Origin: an uncultured bacterium
GTDB taxonomy: Bacteria; Krumholzibacteriota; Krumholzibacteriia; WVZY01
NCBI GenBank assembly: GCA_964464035.1
Contig: CAYXEN010000006.1
Span: 649-64,648, forward strand
Length of the DNA stretch: 64,000 nucleotides
Direction of reading: 5' to 3'
Shown here: piece after piece, positions 59,627 to 64,000 of the stretch
Position numbering within the stretch: the first letter of the stretch is position 1
Layout: every line of letters begins with the position of its first letter
Notes under the pieces: generated by a model
Seen by the model: the letters and a program-made list of their open reading frames with translations, nothing else
Told to the model about the DNA's origin: nothing
Database searches by the model: none
Position numbers and translations under genes: made by a program

Positions 59627-60064
59627 ATGGCTTCCTGGAAGGAAAAGCATTACCGGAGTTCGTCCGAGGAAGAAACTTTCTTCCTGGGCAAGGTGCTCGG
59701 CGAGTCCATTTCGCAGGGAAGATGCATATCCCTGGTCGGGCCGCTGGGGGCGGGCAAGACGGTGCTCGCCCGCGGGATCTGCCGCGGCCTCGGCGTGGAG
59801 GAAGAGATCCTGAGTCCGACTTTCGTTCTCTGCGAGGAATTCGCGGGCAAGCTCCCGGTCCTCCACGTCGACCTGTATCGCCTCGAGCACGAGCGAGAGC
59901 TGGAAGCTCTGGGCATATTCGACAGGATAGGCACCGAGTGCGTCGTCATCGTCGAATGGGGCGACCGGTCGGATCGGCTGACGAGCGCGGCGGACATGAT
60001 CGTCGAGCTTCGCATGGGGGGAGAAAGCGGCCGGGACCTCACAGTGAGAGAGAGAATCGAATGA
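59627..60064 (+). CDS. tsaE: tRNA t6A biosynthesis ATPase TsaE
   Basis: GPLGAGKT, SPTF, HVDLYRL, IVEWG. Confidence 0.93.
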   Translation: MASWKEKHYRSSSEEETFFLGKVLGESISQGRCISLVGPLGAGKTVLARGICRGLGVEEEILSPTFVLCEEFAGKLPVLHVDLYRLEHERELEALGIFDRIGTECVVIVEWGDRSDRLTSAADMIVELRMGGESGRDLTVRERIE

Positions 60065-60789
60065 ACGTACTGGCGTTGGATACGTCGCATCGAACGGGAA
60101 GTATCTCGCTTCGCAAGGCGGACGGATCGGTGCTGACCGGGAAGTTCGGCCCCGCCGAGATGCACCTGAAAGAGATAGGGCGGGTGACGCAGGAGATCCT
60201 CGCCGAAGCATCGATGTCGCTTCGCGGGATCGACCTGCTCGCGCTCGTGAAGGGACCGGGCAGCTTCACCGGGCTGAGGATCGGGATGGCCTTCGCCAAG
60301 GGGATTCATGCATCGCTGGGAGTGAGGATCGTGACCATGGATACACTCGAACTTCTGGCGACGCCGCTCTCGGCGCCGGGTGTGGTGGTTGCGCCCATGA
60401 TCGATGCCAAGAGGAACGAGGTATACGCGGCCGCCTTCATCGCTTCCGAGGATGATGGTTCCGGGATGAGGCGTGTGGTGGAGCCGCTGGCCGTGGAGCC
60501 GGGGAAGTTCCTGGACGTCCTCGAGCGCTCGCTTCCCGCGGGAACGCGAAAGACGGTGTTCGTCGGCTCAGGCGCAGCGAAGTACGGGGAGATGCTCGCG
60601 GCCCTGCCGGGCGATCGTTTCGAAACGGCTCCGGAGATCAGTCACGAACCGTCCACCGAGGCGCTTGCCTCCTCCGCCCCGGCTCTCGAGCCGTTGCCGG
60701 ACGAGGAGATCCCCGCCTTGGAGCCTTTCTACATACGCGCGAGCGACGCGGAGCTCAAGAGACTAAGAGAGGTGAGGGCGGATGGCTGA
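60061..60789 (+). CDS. tsaB: tRNA t6A biosynthesis protein TsaB
   Basis: LALDTS, GPGSFTGLRIG, IDAKRNEVY, LEPFYIR; ATGA overlap with tsaE. Confidence 0.92.
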   Translation: MNVLALDTSHRTGSISLRKADGSVLTGKFGPAEMHLKEIGRVTQEILAEASMSLRGIDLLALVKGPGSFTGLRIGMAFAKGIHASLGVRIVTMDTLELLATPLSAPGVVVAPMIDAKRNEVYAAAFIASEDDGSGMRRVVEPLAVEPGKFLDVLERSLPAGTRKTVFVGSGAAKYGEMLAALPGDRFETAPEISHEPSTEALASSAPALEPLPDEEIPALEPFYIRASDAELKRLREVRADG

Positions 60790-61276
60790 GATCACGATCG
60801 ATCACATGCGCGTCGAGCACCTCCCCGAGATAATCGAGATCGAGAAGAAGGTCTTCCCGTCGCCCTGGAGCGAGGACGTATTTCTCCAGGAACTCCACTC
60901 GATAAGCGTGTCCAGGTCCTTCGTCGCGCTCCTGGACGGTCGCGTGGTCGGATACGAGATAGCATGGTTCGTCGAGGAGGAGATCCATCTCGTGAACATA
61001 GCGGTCGCTCCGGACGTGCAGAAGCAGGGGATCGGGTCGAGGCTTCTCGAACACCTCATCGAAACGGGCATGGAGGAGGGAAGGAAGCTCATAACCCTCG
61101 AAGTCAGGGTGAGCAACGTCGGCGCCCAGGCGCTCTACCGTTCTTTCTTTTTCGAGACCGTGGGGATAAGGGAGAGATACTACTCCGACGACAAGGAGGA
61201 CGCCGTTCTGATGGCCCTGGATCTGGAGCAATACCGGATGCAGAGGGGGAAGAAAAAATGGAAGGGACCGGCATGA
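60782..61276 (+). CDS. rimI: RimI-type GNAT N-acetyltransferase
   Basis: FPSPWS, IHLVNIAV, QKQGIG, TLEVRVSN, RERYY, EDAVLM. Confidence 0.9.
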   Translation: MAEITIDHMRVEHLPEIIEIEKKVFPSPWSEDVFLQELHSISVSRSFVALLDGRVVGYEIAWFVEEEIHLVNIAVAPDVQKQGIGSRLLEHLIETGMEEGRKLITLEVRVSNVGAQALYRSFFFETVGIRERYYSDDKEDAVLMALDLEQYRMQRGKKKWKGPA

Positions 61277-62079
61277 CCGGCCCGGGACCGCGGAGCGGAG
61301 GGCTGCCTGGCGTGATGTTGGGAAGCGGGTTGGGTGACGTCTGTGCGGGGTACCCGGTGGAGGAAGCGATCGGATTCGAAGCCATGGACGGAGTGGGCGC
61401 GAGCGACGTGGCCGGGCACGAGGGCGAAGTCAGGAGATGTATCGTCGGCGGCAAACCCTGTGTATTCGTCCTCGGCAGAAGGCATTTCTATGAGGGCGAT
61501 GTCGGCGCGGTAGAAGCATTGATGGAATTTCTCGTGGGATGGGGCGTCGATAGTCTGCTTCTCACTTCCGCCGCGGGAAGCCTGGCGCGGGACCTGAATC
61601 CAGGGGAGCTGATGATGGTGACCGACGTGGTGGATCTCCAGTTTCGCCCGCCGACCGGCGTGAAGCCCCCGGCGGCGTCGCAAGCCCGGGAAGATTCCGT
61701 CCTGAGGGAGAGAGGGACGGCTTCGGCGGGAATGGGGAAGGATCTGGCTCGGCTCGTCGCCGCGGCGGCGAAGAGGGCGGGCGTGGATCTCAAGCGCGGA
61801 GTGATCGGATGCACTTCCGGGCCCGCTTACGAGACCCGGGCCGAGGTGGAATTGCTCTCGCGCCTGGGAATCGACGCGGTGACGATGTCCGCCGCTCCCG
61901 AGATGGATATCGCCCGAAGGCATGGAATCTCGGCCTCTTCGCTTGCTTTGATAACGAATCTTGCAACCGGGATTTCGCCGGTGAGGCTCGATCACGCCGA
62001 AGTGCTGGAAACGGCCTGCGAGGGAGTCGGCGAGATCAGGCGGATCGTGGAGCAACTCGTTGACATCATTTACACTTGA
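61273..62079 (+). CDS. Purine nucleoside phosphorylase (PNP/MTAP family)
   Basis: LGSGLG, GRRHFYEG, TSAAGSL, GPAYET, MSAAPE, ITN. Confidence 0.85.
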   Translation: MTGPGPRSGGLPGVMLGSGLGDVCAGYPVEEAIGFEAMDGVGASDVAGHEGEVRRCIVGGKPCVFVLGRRHFYEGDVGAVEALMEFLVGWGVDSLLLTSAAGSLARDLNPGELMMVTDVVDLQFRPPTGVKPPAASQAREDSVLRERGTASAGMGKDLARLVAAAAKRAGVDLKRGVIGCTSGPAYETRAEVELLSRLGIDAVTMSAAPEMDIARRHGISASSLALITNLATGISPVRLDHAEVLETACEGVGEIRRIVEQLVDIIYT

Positions 62080-62112
62080 AGGAATACGGGCCTGGATTCG
62101 ATGATTTTCAGG

Positions 62113-62141
62113 TTGTGCGGAACAAGGTGAGGCAGTATAGT
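62113..62141 (+). promoter_or_regulatory. Putative sigma70 promoter for accD-folC
   Basis: TTGTGC-N17-TATAGT. Confidence 0.55.
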
Positions 62142-62203
62142 TCAGCAAGCGATTTCCTGGCATAAAAGTCATTGTTCTCGGGAATCGACCGTTCCGAGGC
62201 GGG

Positions 62204-63112
62204 GTGAGCAACGTGTCCTGGTTCAAGAAAGCGAAAAAAACCCTTTCCGCCAGTCGCAAGAAGCCGTTGCCCGACGGCTTGTGGAAGAAGTGCGACTATT
62301 GCTCGGAGATTCTCTATGTGAAGGAGCTGGAGAAGAACCTCCGGGTGTGCTCGAAGTGCGGGTATCACTTTTTCCTCTCCACCGACGAGTATATCGAGAT
62401 TCTCACCGATCCGCGTTCGTTCCGGGAGACGCACACAGGCTTGCTCTCGGGCGATCCGCTGCAATTCAAGGATCTCAAGAAGTACTCGGACCGGCTCCGC
62501 GACAACATGAAGAAATCGGGAAGGGAGGAAGCCGTCGTGACCGGCTTCGCGAAGATAGGGGGGCGAGAGTTCGTCCTGGCCGTGCTCGACTTTTCCTTCC
62601 TGGGGGGGAGCATGGGGTCGGTCGTGGGAGAGAAGATAAGTCGCGCGATCCGGGATGCGACGAGGAAGAGGATCCCGCTGGTGATCGTATCCCGCTCGGG
62701 CGGGGCGCGCATGCAGGAATCCATATTTTCCCTCATGCAGATGGCCAAGACCTGCGCCATGCTCTCCGAGATGTCGGAGGAGAAGGTCCCGTACATATCG
62801 ATCCTGACCAACCCGACGACCGGCGGAGTCACGGCGAGTTTCGCAAGCCTCGGCGATGTCATAATGGCCGAACCCAAGGCTCTCATCGGGTTCGCCGGCC
62901 CCAGAGTGATAAAGCAGACGATAGGCCAGGATCTGCCCGAAGGTTTTCAGCGAAGCGAGTTTCTCCTCGAACACGGCATGATCGACATGGTCGTCCCCCG
63001 CACCAAGCTGAGGGAAAGCCTGGAGGATGTTCTCGATATACTATGCGCGGAAGTGGTCTCCCAATCCCTGGGGGCGGAGGATAATGAAGAGGAGTCCCCG
63101 GCCGTTTCCTGA
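62204..63112 (+). CDS. accD: Acetyl-CoA carboxylase carboxyltransferase beta subunit
   Basis: CDYC...CSKC zinc finger, GGSMGSVVGE, SGGARMQE, PTTGGV, GFAGPRVI, FQRSEFL. Confidence 0.96.
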   Translation: MSNVSWFKKAKKTLSASRKKPLPDGLWKKCDYCSEILYVKELEKNLRVCSKCGYHFFLSTDEYIEILTDPRSFRETHTGLLSGDPLQFKDLKKYSDRLRDNMKKSGREEAVVTGFAKIGGREFVLAVLDFSFLGGSMGSVVGEKISRAIRDATRKRIPLVIVSRSGGARMQESIFSLMQMAKTCAMLSEMSEEKVPYISILTNPTTGGVTASFASLGDVIMAEPKALIGFAGPRVIKQTIGQDLPEGFQRSEFLLEHGMIDMVVPRTKLRESLEDVLDILCAEVVSQSLGAEDNEEESPAVS

Positions 63113-64000
63113 TGAGCCTTCTCCATACCCGCCCAATCTGTCATTCCTTCTGAATCTCTCCCCGTCGGTGATGACGTTGGGCCTAGCCAACATCAAGCGC
63201 CTGCTCGGCGCCGTGGGCGATCCCCATGAAAGATTCAAGAGCATTCTCGTCGCCGGCACGAACGGCAAGGGAACCGTGACCGCCTGCCTCGCCGCCCTGC
63301 TCGATGCGGCCGGCCACAGGACGGGAAGATTCATCTCGCCCCACGTCTATGACGCCACCGAGAGGATAGCGATCGGGAACGAACCGATCTCGTTGGAAGA
63401 GATGGAGCGGGCCGCTGCGCGAGTGGCACCCCTTCGCGGCGAGATCGAATTCAGTTATTTCGAGGCCCTCACCGCCGTTGCTTTCCTGGTCTTCGCAGAG
63501 AGAAAGGTTGAATACGCGGTGCTCGAAGTGGGTCTCGGAGGACGATTCGACGCGACGAACGTCGTCGATCCGGAACTGAGCATCCTGACCGGCATCGGCT
63601 TGGATCACAGGAAGATACTGGGCGATACGCAGGAGGAGATACTCCGTGAGAAGCTCGGTATAACCCGGCCGGGAAGGATCCTGCTTCACGGCGAACTTCC
63701 CGATTCGCTGCGCAACCTCGTGGCTGAGAAGGCGCAGCGTGACGGTTTCCGGTCCTTGGACGCAAGGGAACTGGGAACGGTGCATCCCAGGGAAGTCACC
63801 TTCGCCGGGATCCGGATGGATATCACGACCGGGGGCGGTCGATACCGGGATCTCTCCGCTCCCTTTCCGGGAAGGCACCAGGCCGCCAACGTCCTTCTGG
63901 CCCTGGTCGCCGCCGAGATCGTTCTCCCCCGCGTGGAGAATGTTTCATCCGCCCTCGCCGCGGCGTACTTGCCGGGAAGGTTCGAAACGATCGAAGCCGA
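63084..64000 (+). CDS. folC: Folylpolyglutamate synthase / dihydrofolate synthase, 3'-truncated; absent from the ORF track
   Basis: ATG 63084 after GGAGG; VAGTNGKG, SPH, ERI, YFE, EVGLGGRFDATN, IGLDH, LPGRFE. Confidence 0.92.
   Translation, partial: MKRSPRPFPDEPSPYPPNLSFLLNLSPSVMTLGLANIKRLLGAVGDPHERFKSILVAGTNGKGTVTACLAALLDAAGHRTGRFISPHVYDATERIAIGNEPISLEEMERAAARVAPLRGEIEFSYFEALTAVAFLVFAERKVEYAVLEVGLGGRFDATNVVDPELSILTGIGLDHRKILGDTQEEILREKLGITRPGRILLHGELPDSLRNLVAEKAQRDGFRSLDARELGTVHPREVTFAGIRMDITTGGGRYRDLSAPFPGRHQAANVLLALVAAEIVLPRVENVSSALAAAYLPGRFETIEA

Noticed and set aside
58942-60060. Apparent 373-aa N-terminal extension of tsaB (615-aa ORF)
   Set aside because: Off-frame overlap with the porX-like gene and tsaE; the real start is ATG 60061, overlapping the tsaE stop.
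60964-61272. Apparent N-terminal extension of the PNP gene
   Set aside because: Overlaps rimI off-frame; PNP homology begins after ATG 61273.

Overview
A 64-kb, gene-dense, GC-rich bacterial chromosomal segment made almost entirely of core and metabolic genes. The gene complement (PorX-type regulator next to tsaE, fused FTCD, REC-PPDK_N protein next to gdhA) resembles FCB-superphylum organisms; this taxonomic placement is inference. Main contents: tmk; ctpA plus a HAD phosphatase; a dusB-larB-larC-LysM/TPR-ECF ATPase cluster; an S9 peptidase fused to an FGE-like domain; gdhA plus a REC-PPDK_N protein; thiolase; pgeF; ggt; zf-TFIIB-lemA-htpX; a KamA-like radical SAM enzyme; ftcD; a hybrid kinase followed by two peptidases; a PyrR-attenuated pyr operon with an inserted TPR lipoprotein; a surface-polysaccharide cluster; a hemC-like gene-serS-histidine kinase-porX-like-tsaE-tsaB-rimI-PNP run; accD; and a partial folC. 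I found no rRNA, tRNA, CRISPR array, transposase or phage gene. The best leads are (1) a HemC homolog missing both the catalytic Asp and the cofactor-attachment Cys, so probably a repurposed pseudoenzyme, (2) a PorX-like REC-PglZ regulator with intact phosphodiesterase motifs directly downstream of a membrane histidine kinase, (3) the larBC cluster translationally coupled to a LysM/TPR lipoprotein and an asymmetric ECF ATPase, (4) the gdhA-linked REC-REC-ATP-grasp protein, and (5) an unexplained, highly structured 400-bp convergent intergenic region. All family assignments come from motif recognition by eye; no database searches were run.
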